This document shows positions 32,876-42,800 of a DNA stretch of 64,000 bases, piece by piece; position 1 is the first letter of the stretch, and the number at the start of each line of letters is the position of its first letter. This stretch comes from an uncultured Planctomycetota bacterium (lineage in GTDB: Bacteria > Planctomycetota > Planctomycetia > Isosphaerales > Isosphaeraceae): NCBI GenBank assembly GCA_963823665.1, contig CAWGMQ010000004.1, positions 256,001 through 320,000 of the forward strand, in the 5' to 3' direction. The translations under genes were made by a program, and so were the position numbers. Under the pieces are notes generated by a model. The model was not told where the DNA came from, made no database searches, and saw nothing but the letters and a program-made list of their open reading frames with translations.

Positions 32876-33303
32876 GGCATCGCTCCGATCCCGAAGGGCC
32901 CTATCCTCATTGCGACACTACCTACGAGTTTTCACGTCACCTTTCGTTGCCGTCGATCCGCTCCGGGCACCGCCAGCCCGGCCGCACCGTCACGCCGTCG
33001 ACCGCTTGCGCGGCGGTCTCCGAACTGCCAGAGGGCAACCACCGGACCTGATGTCAGCAGAATCGAACGTCTCCTGGGTCGAGATCCTTCCTGACAGACG
33101 AAACACGTAGGTCCCGGCGCCGGGACGGACCGGCCGACAGCGCTCGAGATCCGCAGCGCGTGGAACGATCATTACGGCGGCCCGAAGATCGACCGGGGAC
33201 ACGGGACGACACAGAACGGGACCGACAGCGTCGGCCTAGAGCGACCTAGGGGTTGTCTCGAGACCTCGGACACCGATGGCTCAGGAGAGCGCGTTTATTT
33301 TGC

Positions 33304-33440
33304 TGTCATCAACGCGACAAAAGCGCGCGAAACCCCTCATTCCTCTTGAAGAATTCTCAAGATTTTTTCGGAATGGCCACGGTTTTTGAGCTCGGCAAAG
33401 AGCCAGGTGCGGAGCGTAACCTTCTTGTCCATGTCCACTT
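33304..33440. repeat. 137-bp direct repeat, copy 1 (ECF sigma 3'-end remnant plus promoter motif B at 33309-33338)
   Basis: Near-identical to 39461..39597; its segment TTTGAGCTCGGCAAAGAGCCAGGTGCGG matches 45791 onward. Confidence 0.9.
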
Positions 33441-33458
33441 CGGCTGACTGCATTGCCG

Positions 33459-33600
33459 GACAGGGGCTGACGCCCCCCGCTCAACCGGAACCGCCGATCG
33501 CAGACCCGGAACAGTTGATCACAGACAGGGGGCTGACGCCCCCCGCTCGCACGGAGCTGCCGATCATGGTCACGGAACTGACGCCCCCCGCTCGCCCGGG
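33459..33600. repeat. Array of REP-like hairpins GACAGGGGGCTGACGCCCCCCGCTC (3 units)
   Basis: Units at about 33459, 33524 and 33578; stem GGGGGC-TGAC-GCCCCC. Confidence 0.85.
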
Positions 33601-33657
33601 ACCGCCGAGCGCGCGCCGGAGGGAAGATCGGCCCACGAGGGAAGATCGCCGTGGCAC

Positions 33658-36600
33658 TCACTCGTAAATCACGGTCCCATAGATGTTGTTGCTGGTCGAC
33701 GCGAGGTTCTGCGCGACCGTCGATTTGTGGAGGGTGACCACCGCGCCGGTCGCGACGTAGAGGCCGCCGCCGATGCCTTCGCCGTTGCCAAACAGGCCGC
33801 TCAATGCCTCGTTCAGGAGGATATCCGACTGGTCGAAGCTCGCGGAGCCGTCCGCGCCGACCCGGGCGCCGCCACCCCAGGCATTGCCGCCTTTCGCTCC
33901 CGACCCGGCTCGGCCGCCCTGGGCGAAATTGCCGGTCACCAGGCCCGCGGTCATGGCCAGCGACGACGTGTCCGAGTTGCCGAAGACGTTGCCGATCGCC
34001 ACGGCAATGGCACCCCCGATGCCATTGCCGCCATTGGCCCCGGCGCCACCGGCACCCCCCTGGGCCAGATTGCGCAGGAAGAGCGTGTTGTTGACGGTCG
34101 CGGTCGCGTTATTCTCAAGAGCGAGACCGCCGCCGATGCCATCGCCACCGGCATCGCCGCTGGCCCCGGCACCGCCCTTTGCCGTGTTAACCATCACCGT
34201 GCTGCTGGAGAGCGCGACACTCCCGCCGTTGCTCAAGATGCCGCCGCCGATGCCATTGCCGCCGGCGCCGCCTAGGGCCTGGTTATTGCTGATGGTGCTG
34301 GAAGCGACGTGCAGCGTGGCCTGATTAAAAATGCCGCCGCCGGCGACGGCGGAGTTGCCGCTGACGCTGGTACCGGTCAAAGCGGTCGAACCAAGGGTGT
34401 AGTTGTCCAGCCCGCCGCCATTGCCGGTGGCGGAGTTGCCGCTGACGGTGCAGTTGCTCAGGATGGTCGTGCCGTAGTTGTTGCCGTCATAGGCAAAGCC
34501 ACCGGTGTACAACCCGCCTCCGCTCGCCGCCGAGTTGCGACTGACCGCGGTGTTGGTCGCCGTGGTCGTGCCGAGAAAGGAGGTGAACAGGCCGCCGCCA
34601 CTGCCGGTCACGGAGTTGCCGCTGACGCGGCAGTTGCTCAGGTTCGTCGCAGCGTAGCCCTTGAGTTGCGGGCCCCCGTCGAGGGTAAAGATGTCGCCTT
34701 CGGTGGCAACTCCGCCGCCGGAGCCAGCGGTGTTACCGCTGATGGTGCAGTTGATCAGAGTGGCCGTGCTGACGAAGCCAAGGGGCAGGTCGCCGAAAAC
34801 GGCACCGCCGTTCCGCACGCCGCCGCCCTCGCTGCCGGCGCTGTTGCCGCTGATGGTGCAGTCGTTCAGGGTGGTTGCGCCATAGTTAACCACGCCGCCG
34901 CCCGAGCCGCTGGCGGAGTTGTGGCTGATGGCGCAGCGATAGAGTGTGGTCGTGGCCGATCCGTTATAATCGCCGAATGACTTCCCGTTGGCCAGGCCGC
35001 CGCCGCCGCCGCCGTCGAAGGCGCCGCTGGCGGAGTTGCCGCTGACGGTGCAGTGCGTCAGCGTGGCTATCCCCTCGTTGTACACACCACCGCCATAGCC
35101 GGTGCCCCCGGAGCTATACGTGGCCGTGTTGTCCCTGACCGTGCAGTTCATCATGGAGAGCGCGGCCCCCGTGTCGTTCGCCACGCCGCCGCCGTTGCCG
35201 CCGCTGGCGGAGTTGCCGCTGACGGTGCAGTTGGTCAGACTGAGCGTGCCGTAGTTCAAGACGCCGCCGCCGCTGCCGCCGCCGGAATTGCCGTCGGTGA
35301 TCGTCAGGCCCGTGATGGATGCGGTGACGCCCGCGTCGACCTGGAACACGCGGCTGGCATTGTTGCCGCTGACCGTCACGCCCGCCGCCGGGCCTATGAT
35401 CGTCTCCGTCCCGGTCGTGTTGCTCAGCTCGAGCTGGCTGGCGCTCAGGGTGATCGTCTGGTGCCCGGCGAAGATGGTCGGGGCGAAGCTGATCGTGGCG
35501 GCGCCGGGTGTGATGTTGATGAGGCCGATAGCGCCGCTCAGGTCGAGCATGCCGGGGGGGCAGCCGCCGCCCTCGGCGGTCGTGTTGACCAAGAGCGGAA
35601 TGGGCTGAACCTCGAAAGCGCCGATGTCCACCGTGCCGTGGCCGATGCGGGCGTAGCCGCGCTGGTCGGTGGTGACGCCGCCAGGGACGAGGGCGTTACT
35701 GCCCGCATCGATCGCCGGGCTGCCAGGCAAGAGCGCCATGGTCTCGGTCGGCCCGCCGTAGGAGTCGAGCGGGGCCAGCAAGGGTTGAAGCGGCGTGGCG
35801 ATGGTGCCCGTCAGGTCGGAGCCAACCCAGCCGGAGCTGCCGTCGGTCTCGCCGATCAGGTTGTGGCCTGGGGAGGTAACGGCTCCGTAGACATCGGGCC
35901 CGCTGGTGTTAGCCGTGTTCCCCGCCACGATGGTGTTGCCCAAGGTCGCCGTGCCGTAGTTCTCCAGACCGCCGCCGGTGCCGTAGGCGTAGTTGCCGCT
36001 GACGGTGCAGTTGGTCAGCGAGACCACACCGAAGTCCGCCACGCCGCCGCCGCCGTCGCCGTAGGCGGAGTTGCCGCTGACGGTGCAGTTAGTCAAGGTT
36101 AGCGTGCCGCTGGACGTGCCCAGCCCGCCACCGCCGCCGCCGGTGGAGTTGCCGCTGATGGTGCAGTCAGTCAGCGTGGCCGCGGCGTGGAAGATGTTCA
36201 CGCCGCCGGATGAGAAGCTGGCGTAGTTCCCGGCGATGGTACAGTTGGAGAGCATGGCCATGGCACCGTATGTGACGTCGACGCCGCCGCCGGTGCGGGC
36301 CGGGGCGCCGCTAGCGGTGTTCCCGCTGACGGTGCAGTTGGTCAGCGTCAGCGTGCCGCCGCCGGTGCTGGCCACGCCGCCGCCGTAGCTGGCGGAGTCG
36401 CCGCTCAAGGTGCAATTGGTCAGGGTGAGGTTGCCGCCGTAGTTGGCCAGGCCGCCGCCATTGGAGGCGCTGCCCCCGGTGATCGTCAGTCCCGAGACTG
36501 ACGCCGTGACTCCCGAGTCGACCTGGAACACCCGGCTGTTCCCGCCGGCGCTTAATGTCACGCCCGCCGTCGGGCCCGTGATCGTCTTTTTCCCGCTCGT

Positions 36601-38400
36601 GTCGCTCAGCTCGAGCTGGCTGCCCGTCAGGTCGATCGTCTGCGGCGTCTCGAACACCGTCTTGTCAAAGGTGATCGTTTGGCCCGGGACGTCGTTGGCG
36701 CCCGCGATTGCCTCGCGCAGGCTGGTGGTGCCGCAATAGAATCCGAATGCGTCGGCGGTGGTGTTGACCACGAACCTGGGGGCGATCACGGTCAAGGTGT
36801 CGCCCGGGCTGGTGACGCCCTGCCAGGACGCGGTGATCGAGCTGGTGCCAAGGGCCAGGGCCGAGGCCAAACCGGTGCCGCTGATCGTGGCTACCGACGG
36901 TGTCGCCGACGCCCACGTCGTCACCGACTTGGTGATGTCCTCAGTCGAGCCGTCGGAGAAGGTGCCTGTGGCGTTGAACTGCCCGGTGACGCCCAAGGCC
37001 AGGCTCGGGTTGCTCGGTGAGAGCGCAATCGACACCGGCGGTGTGTTCGTGAGGCCAAAATAGGCCGTGCCTGAAGCGCCGTTGGCCGTGGCCGAGACGA
37101 TGTAGCTGCCGGCGAAACCGTTGTTCTCGGCCGTGACGCTCGCCGTGCCGCTGGCGCCGATGACTGCCGGGCTGCCGATGATCATCGCCGACGCCCCGCT
37201 GGCCGGCGGGGTGAATGTGACCAAACCCCCGGCCACCGGCTCGTTCGTATTGTTGGCGGTGACCGTCGCGACCAAGGGGTTGGGGAACACGAAACCTTCT
37301 GCTGTCTGGCCGCCTCCCGAAGTCGCTGCAATGGTGAACCCGCTAGACTCGAAGGCACCGATGTCCACGACATTGTTGACGATGCGCGGGAAGCCGGCGC
37401 CGCGCTGGTCGGTGGTGACGCCGCTTGGAATGAGGGCGATGTTGCCCGCGCCGATCGCCGGGCTCCCGGGCAGTTCGGCCATCGTCGGGGTCGGCCCGCC
37501 GTAGTTGCCCAGGGGCGCCAGCACGGGATTGAGCGGCGAGGCCACGGTTCCGGTCAGGTCGGAGCTGACCCAGCCTGAGCTGCCGTTGGTCTTGCCGATC
37601 AGGTTGTTGCCCAGCGAGGCGAAGGAGCCAAAGACATCAGGGAAGGAGCTGAACGCCGAGTTCCCGGCGACGATCGTGTCGGTCAGCGTGGCCATGCCGC
37701 TGGACTTGCGAATGCCGCCGCCCTCGAGGCTGACGGAATTGCCGCTGACGGTGCAGTCGTCCAGCGTGAGCGTGCCGGCATCGCGAATGCCGCCGCCAAC
37801 GGCGGCGAAGTTGCCATTGACGGTGCAGTTGGTTAGCGCAACCGTGCCGCCTTGGTTATTAATCCCGCCGCCCTGGGCCAAAAACCCGATGCCGCTGTTG
37901 CCGCTGATTGTGCAGCCGGTCAGCGTGAGCGTACCGCCAGAGTTGTCCAGTCCGGCGCCGTCGCCGCTCGTCGAGCCGCCGGTGATCGTCAGTCCAGAGA
38001 TCGACGCGGTGACACCCGAGTCGACCTGGAACACCCGGCTCGCGTTGTTGCCGGAGATCGTTACCCCTCCCTGGCCCGGACCCTCGTAGATCGTAGTGGC
38101 ATTGCTCGCGTTGCTCAGCTCGAGCTGACCCTGCAAGAGCGTGATCGTGGCCGGCCCGGAGCCCAGCTCGAGCTCGATGGCGCTGGGACTTGTCGCCGCA
38201 TTGGCCTCGGCAATGGCATAGCGCAGCGTGCCCGCGGTCAGAGTGGCTGGATCGGCCGTGCTGGTGACTGTGAATGTCGAGAGCAGCCGGCGGTCCTCTA
38301 GCGCCAGGAGCGCCGGCTGCAGCCGTTGTCGCCGCCGTTTCCGGGACTGGACTGTACCCCGCCTGCCTCTTCGCTGGTCTTTGGCTAAGCTAGTACGCAT
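33658..38400 (-). CDS. Large exported right-handed beta-helix protein (pectin-lyase-like repeats, choice-of-anchor Q-like, Big_2, Gly-rich C-terminus)
   Basis: LALEDRRLLS planctomycete export motif; LTNCTVSGN-GGG repeats; two GGPTxTMAxLPGSPAI...DQRG...DIGAFE blocks. Confidence 0.88.
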   Translation of the reverse strand: MRTSLAKDQRRGRRGTVQSRKRRRQRLQPALLALEDRRLLSTFTVTSTADPATLTAGTLRYAIAEANAATSPSAIELELGSGPATITLLQGQLELSNASNATTIYEGPGQGGVTISGNNASRVFQVDSGVTASISGLTITGGSTSGDGAGLDNSGGTLTLTGCTISGNSGIGFLAQGGGINNQGGTVALTNCTVNGNFAAVGGGIRDAGTLTLDDCTVSGNSVSLEGGGIRKSSGMATLTDTIVAGNSAFSSFPDVFGSFASLGNNLIGKTNGSSGWVSSDLTGTVASPLNPVLAPLGNYGGPTPTMAELPGSPAIGAGNIALIPSGVTTDQRGAGFPRIVNNVVDIGAFESSGFTIAATSGGGQTAEGFVFPNPLVATVTANNTNEPVAGGLVTFTPPASGASAMIIGSPAVIGASGTASVTAENNGFAGSYIVSATANGASGTAYFGLTNTPPVSIALSPSNPSLALGVTGQFNATGTFSDGSTEDITKSVTTWASATPSVATISGTGLASALALGTSSITASWQGVTSPGDTLTVIAPRFVVNTTADAFGFYCGTTSLREAIAGANDVPGQTITFDKTVFETPQTIDLTGSQLELSDTSGKKTITGPTAGVTLSAGGNSRVFQVDSGVTASVSGLTITGGSASNGGGLANYGGNLTLTNCTLSGDSASYGGGVASTGGGTLTLTNCTVSGNTASGAPARTGGGVDVTYGAMAMLSNCTIAGNYASFSSGGVNIFHAAATLTDCTISGNSTGGGGGGLGTSSGTLTLTNCTVSGNSAYGDGGGGVADFGVVSLTNCTVSGNYAYGTGGGLENYGTATLGNTIVAGNTANTSGPDVYGAVTSPGHNLIGETDGSSGWVGSDLTGTIATPLQPLLAPLDSYGGPTETMALLPGSPAIDAGSNALVPGGVTTDQRGYARIGHGTVDIGAFEVQPIPLLVNTTAEGGGCPPGMLDLSGAIGLINITPGAATISFAPTIFAGHQTITLSASQLELSNTTGTETIIGPAAGVTVSGNNASRVFQVDAGVTASITGLTITDGNSGGGSGGGVLNYGTLSLTNCTVSGNSASGGNGGGVANDTGAALSMMNCTVRDNTATYSSGGTGYGGGVYNEGIATLTHCTVSGNSASGAFDGGGGGGLANGKSFGDYNGSATTTLYRCAISHNSASGSGGGVVNYGATTLNDCTISGNSAGSEGGGVRNGGAVFGDLPLGFVSTATLINCTISGNTAGSGGGVATEGDIFTLDGGPQLKGYAATNLSNCRVSGNSVTGSGGGLFTSFLGTTTATNTAVSRNSAASGGGLYTGGFAYDGNNYGTTILSNCTVSGNSATGNGGGLDNYTLGSTALTGTSVSGNSAVAGGGIFNQATLHVASSTISNNQALGGAGGNGIGGGILSNGGSVALSSSTVMVNTAKGGAGASGDAGGDGIGGGLALENNATATVNNTLFLRNLAQGGAGGAGANGGNGIGGAIAVAIGNVFGNSDTSSLAMTAGLVTGNFAQGGRAGSGAKGGNAWGGGARVGADGSASFDQSDILLNEALSGLFGNGEGIGGGLYVATGAVVTLHKSTVAQNLASTSNNIYGTVIYE

Positions 38401-38523
38401 GATGGTGCATCTCAGTTGATCATGAACAGATTCGGATGACTTACGGATCGAAATCGGTGGGTTTCACCTACCCTACGAATTTCTTGATATTTGCGCATGG
38501 CCATTCACGGATGCTGAGTGTGG

Positions 38524-38550
38524 GACAGGGGGCTCACGCCCCCCGCTCGC
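38524..38550. repeat. Single REP-like hairpin of the GACAGGGGG family
   Basis: GACAGGGGGCTCACGCCCCCCGCTCGC. Confidence 0.8.
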
Positions 38551-38604
38551 CGCGGCCGGCATCGGACACCCATTGCTCAAGAGGGCGCGTTTGTTTTGCA
38601 GTCT

Positions 38605-38634
38605 TCAACGCGACGAACGCGCGCGAAACCCCAC
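38605..38634 (-). promoter_or_regulatory. Putative ECF promoter, copy C (GTGGGGTT-N12-GTCGCGTTGA)
   Basis: About 205 bp upstream of the beta-helix gene; about 70 bp of context is similar to 33268-33338. Confidence 0.55.
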
Positions 38635-38663
38635 GAGGGCACGACTCAGCGCCTCGTTCGCGT

Positions 38664-39194
38664 TCAAGTCGCCGGCATCGTGACGTTCAAGTTGACCGTG
38701 AGGGTGAACTTCCCGGCGGGCTTCACGCTGTCTGGATTCCGGATCATCAAATCGAGCGAGCCCGATCCGCTGCCGCCGATTCCCTTAAAGTGCTTGGTGC
38801 CCTTGGTGATGGTCATCGTCACCGGGCCCGGGAGTCTGCCAAGTTCGGTCGTGTCCACCACCGTGTCCATCACGATGTTGCCTTTCGGCGTCGTCAGCGT
38901 AAGCGTGCCGGTCATCTGATAGTCTGGGCCCGAGACATTTTCCGACCCCTTCACCGTCGGATGACCCAACGGGGTGACAGGGCCCTTACCCGTGAGGTGG
39001 TACGGCCCATCGCCTCCCGCGGAAGTGAACGTGCCTTTGAGCGTGCCGGACACGTTGGTTACCGTGCTCGCATCCGGCAACTTGGTCACTAGCGCCGGCG
39101 CAGCGTGGTGTGTGACTGCCGAAAAGCCTGACAACAAGACCATCGATTCGAGCAACTCGACACTGGGACGGTGGCGGTACGTTTTGCGAATCAA
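38664..39194 (-). CDS. Small exported all-beta protein with a LEPRxLL-like motif
   Basis: GGAGG RBS before TTG 39194; RHRPSVELLESMVLLS; Thr/Gly-rich beta strands. Confidence 0.7.
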   Translation of the reverse strand: MIRKTYRHRPSVELLESMVLLSGFSAVTHHAAPALVTKLPDASTVTNVSGTLKGTFTSAGGDGPYHLTGKGPVTPLGHPTVKGSENVSGPDYQMTGTLTLTTPKGNIVMDTVVDTTELGRLPGPVTMTITKGTKHFKGIGGSGSGSLDLMIRNPDSVKPAGKFTLTVNLNVTMPAT

Positions 39195-39460
39195 GATGCA
39201 GGTCCTCCAGATAATGCAACCAGAGGGATCGAAACGGAAGGAAGTCAGCGATTGACATCGGGCGCACACTCACCCCGACGACCGAGAAGGGTCGCGACGT
39301 TCGACCGGGCTCCTGCCGGTCGATTCCGCCGCCACATTCACCCTGGCGCGGCGAAGCTGCAACCAAGAAGACCGCAGGGAGTCGACCGGGTTTGCCCCCA
39401 GCGCCTGCGCGTTGATCCAGCCCTCGGAGAGTGACGGCTCACTACGACGCGTTCACTCGA

Positions 39461-39597
39461 TGTCATCAACGCGACGAACGCGCGCGAAACCCCTCATTCC
39501 CCTTGAAGAATTCTCAAGATTTTTTCGGAATGGCCACCGTTTTTGAGCTCGGCATAGAGCCGGGTGCGGGGCGTAACCTTCTTGTCCATGTCCACTT
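39461..39597. repeat. 137-bp direct repeat, copy 2 (ECF 3'-end remnant plus promoter motif D at 39466-39495)
   Basis: Near-identical to 33304..33440. Confidence 0.9.
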
Positions 39598-39628
39598 TGG
39601 ATGAGACAATGACCTCGCTACGCCGAGT

Positions 39629-39785
39629 GGGACGAGCGGGGGGCGTCAGTCTTCACGGCCGGACAGGGGGCTGACGCCGCCCGCTCACCCGGAACCGCCG
39701 ATCACAGACAGGGGGCTGACGCCCCCCGCTCGCACGGAACCGCCGATTACAGACAGGGGGCTGACGCCGCCCGCTCACCCGGAAC
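39629..39785. repeat. Inverted REP-like half unit followed by about 2.75 tandem 45-bp REP-like units
   Basis: GGGACGAGCGGGGGGCGTCAG (39629), then units starting at 39662, 39707 and 39752. Confidence 0.88.
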
Positions 39786-39829
39786 TTCCTCTGACAAGTA
39801 TGAGACCGGTCGGTGTGAAGGACCGAACG

Positions 39830-42800
39830 ATGGATGAGGCGAAAAACCTGTCCGACGCCAAAGGCGAAGAATCGCCGTGCACTCCGTCGCAGGTCGAAGC
39901 GATCTTTTTTGCGGCGCTGAACGAGAAAACGGCGGCGGCACGGGCGGATTGCCTGGCTCGCGCTTGCGGCGACAACGCGAAGTTGCGATCGCGGGTGGAA
40001 CGGCTTCTGAAAGCCCATCCGCAAGCGGTGGATTTCCTGGCCCAGCCCGCAGTGGAGCGGCTTGAAGTCGAGCGACTCGATCCGGTGGAAGACGAGGGCG
40101 GCCTTCCCGCGACCATCGGCCGCTACCGGGTCATCCGGCTGCTGGGTCGTGGCGGGTTCGGGACGGTCTACCTGGCCCAGGACGACGCGCTCCGACGGCC
40201 GGTGGCGGTCAAGGTGCCCAACCCCGGGCGGGTCGCCGGCCCCGAGGACGTCGCGGTCTACCTTGACGAGGCCCAGTTCCTCGCCCAGCTCGACCACTCC
40301 AACATCGTTCCGGTCTATGACGTTGGCCAGACTGATGACGGTCTGTGCTACGTGGTTTCCAAGTACATCGAGGGCACCAGCCTGGCGGAGCAGATGGGTC
40401 AGGGCCGGATGCCCTTTGGGGAGTCGGCCGAGCTGGTGGCGACGGTCGCCCTTGCGCTGCACCACGCCCATACGCGGGACCTGGTCCACCGCGACATCAA
40501 GCCTGCCAATATCTTGCTCGACTCGGCCAACAAGCCGGTCGTAGGCGACTTCGGGCTGGCGCTGCGGGAGGAGGACTCTGGCAAGGAAGGCCGGCTGGCC
40601 GGGACTCCGGCCTACATGAGCCCCGAGCAGGCCCGGGGCGAAGGCCACCTGGTCGATGGCCGCTCGGATATCTTCAGCCTGGGCGTTGTCTTCTATGAGC
40701 TGCTCACCGGGCGTCGACCCTTTCGGGGCGATTCGCACACCGAGGTCATGAATCAGGTCGCCACCGTCGAACCTCGTCCCCCCCGGCAGATCGACGACAC
40801 GATCCCCCGGGAGCTGGAACGGATCTGTCAGAAGGCGCTGGCAAAGCGTGCGTCGGAGCGGTACAGCACGGCGCGGGACCTGGCCGAGGATCTGCGCCAC
40901 TTCCTTCACACCGAGGCGGCGGCCGGCCCATCCGCCATCACGCCGGGCCCGGTCAACCCTCCGCCTGACTCCTCCCAGGACTCGACCTCGGGTGAACCGG
41001 TGAAGATCATCCCCAAGGGACTGCGGTCGTTCGACCAGCACGATGCCCACTTCTTCCTGGAGCTCCTGCCCGGCCCGCGTGATCGCGATGGCCTGCCCGA
41101 GAGCTTGCGGTTCTGGAAGACCCGGATCGAGTCGACCGACGCGGATTCCACCTTCCGGGTCGGTTTAATCTATGGTCCGTCGGGTTGCGGCAAGTCGTCG
41201 CTGGTGAAGGCGGGGTTACTTCCCCGCCTTTCCAAGGAGGTGCTGGCGGTTTACATCGAGGCGACCGCGGCGGAGACCGAGGCTCGGCTGGAGAGAGGGG
41301 TGCGCAAAGCGGCTCCGGAGCTGAGCCCCGAGTTGGGCCTGGTGGAGGCCCTCGCCGCGCTGCGGCGGGGACGGACGCTCCGCCCGGGCCGGAAGGTGCT
41401 CCTCGTGCTGGACCAGTTCGAGCAGTGGCTCTTCGCCCGGCAGGGCCAGGAGAACTCTGAGCTGGTCGCCGCCCTGCGGCAGTGCGACGGCGAGCACCTC
41501 CAGGCGATCGTGCTGGTCCGGGACGATTTCTGGCTGGCCGCCAGCCGGTTCATGCGCGAGCTGGAGATCGACCTGGAACCGAACGCGAATATCGCCCTCG
41601 TCGATCTGTTCGATCTTCAGCATGCCCACAAGGTCTTAACCGCGTTCGGCAGAGCCTACGGGAAATTGCCCGAGCGCCATCGGGACTGGACCACTGAGCA
41701 CGAATCCTTTCTGAGCCAGGCCGCCCTAGGGCTGGCCCAGGGTGGCAGAGTGATCTCGGTACGGCTGGCGCTCTTTGCCGAGATGGTCAAGGGGAAGCCG
41801 TGGACGACCGCGGCGCTACAGGAGGTCGGCGGTACGGAAGGAGTGGGCGTGACCTTCCTCGAGGAAACCTTCAGCTCAAGGCAGGCCAACCCCAAGCACC
41901 GCCTGCACCAGATGGCGGCCCAGGCCGTACTGAAAGCGCTGTTGCCTGAAACGGGAACGGACATCAAGGGCCAGATGCATTCGGAGGCCGAGCTGCGCGA
42001 GGTCTCGGGCTACGCCGACCACCCCCGCGACTTCGCCGACCTGGTCCGCATTCTCGACCACGAGTTAAGGCTGATCACGCCGACGGAAGCCGAAGGCGTG
42101 GAGGGTGGAGGGTGGAGGGTGGAGGACGAAGGGCAGAAGAATGAATATGGGATGCCCCCGGTCGACGGTGACGACTTATCCTTGCCCGGTCCGTCCTCCG
42201 CCCTCCGCCCTTCGTTTTTACCAGCTCACCCACGACTACCTCGTCCCCTCGCTCCGTGACTGGCTGACCACGAAGCAGCGTGAGACCCGTCGCGGCCGGA
42301 CCGAGCTGCGGTTGGCGGAGCGCGCCGCGCTTTGGAACCACAAGCCGGAGAACCGGCACCTGCCCTCGGTGCTGGAGTGGGCCAACGTCCGCGTGCTGAC
42401 TCGTCGCAAGGATTGGAGTGAGTCGCAGCGCCGGATGATGCGGCGGGCCGCCCGGGTGCATGGCTTGCGGGGCTTGGGCCTGGCGATCCTGATTGCCCTG
42501 GTGAGCTGGGGATCCCTCGAGGGCTATGGATCCCTGCAAGCGGCGCATCTGATCGACTCGCTGAAGACCGCCAATATCAGGGATGTCCCGGCTCGGATCG
42601 AACAGCTCCGGACCTACCGCCGGTGGGCCGGCCCTCCCCTGGCGGGATTGCTGGCGAGCACGGAGAATGACCGCGATCAGCATCTCCGAGCCAGCCTGGC
42701 CCTCCTCGCCTTGTGGCCCGGCGACCGAAGGCAGGCCGGCTATTCGTACGACCGCCTGCTGGGGTCTTCACCAACCGAGCTTCCGGTGATCTGGGGCATC

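Noticed and set aside
32920..33260. Short ORFs between the STK-WD40 start and the 137-bp repeat
   Set aside because: No RBS or recognisable domain; probably decayed sequence
39662..39785. 45-bp tandem units as a possible CRISPR array
   Set aside because: The intervening sequences are nearly identical rather than unique spacers, there are fewer than 3 full units, no cas genes are present, and the same hairpin is dispersed elsewhere; it is REP-like
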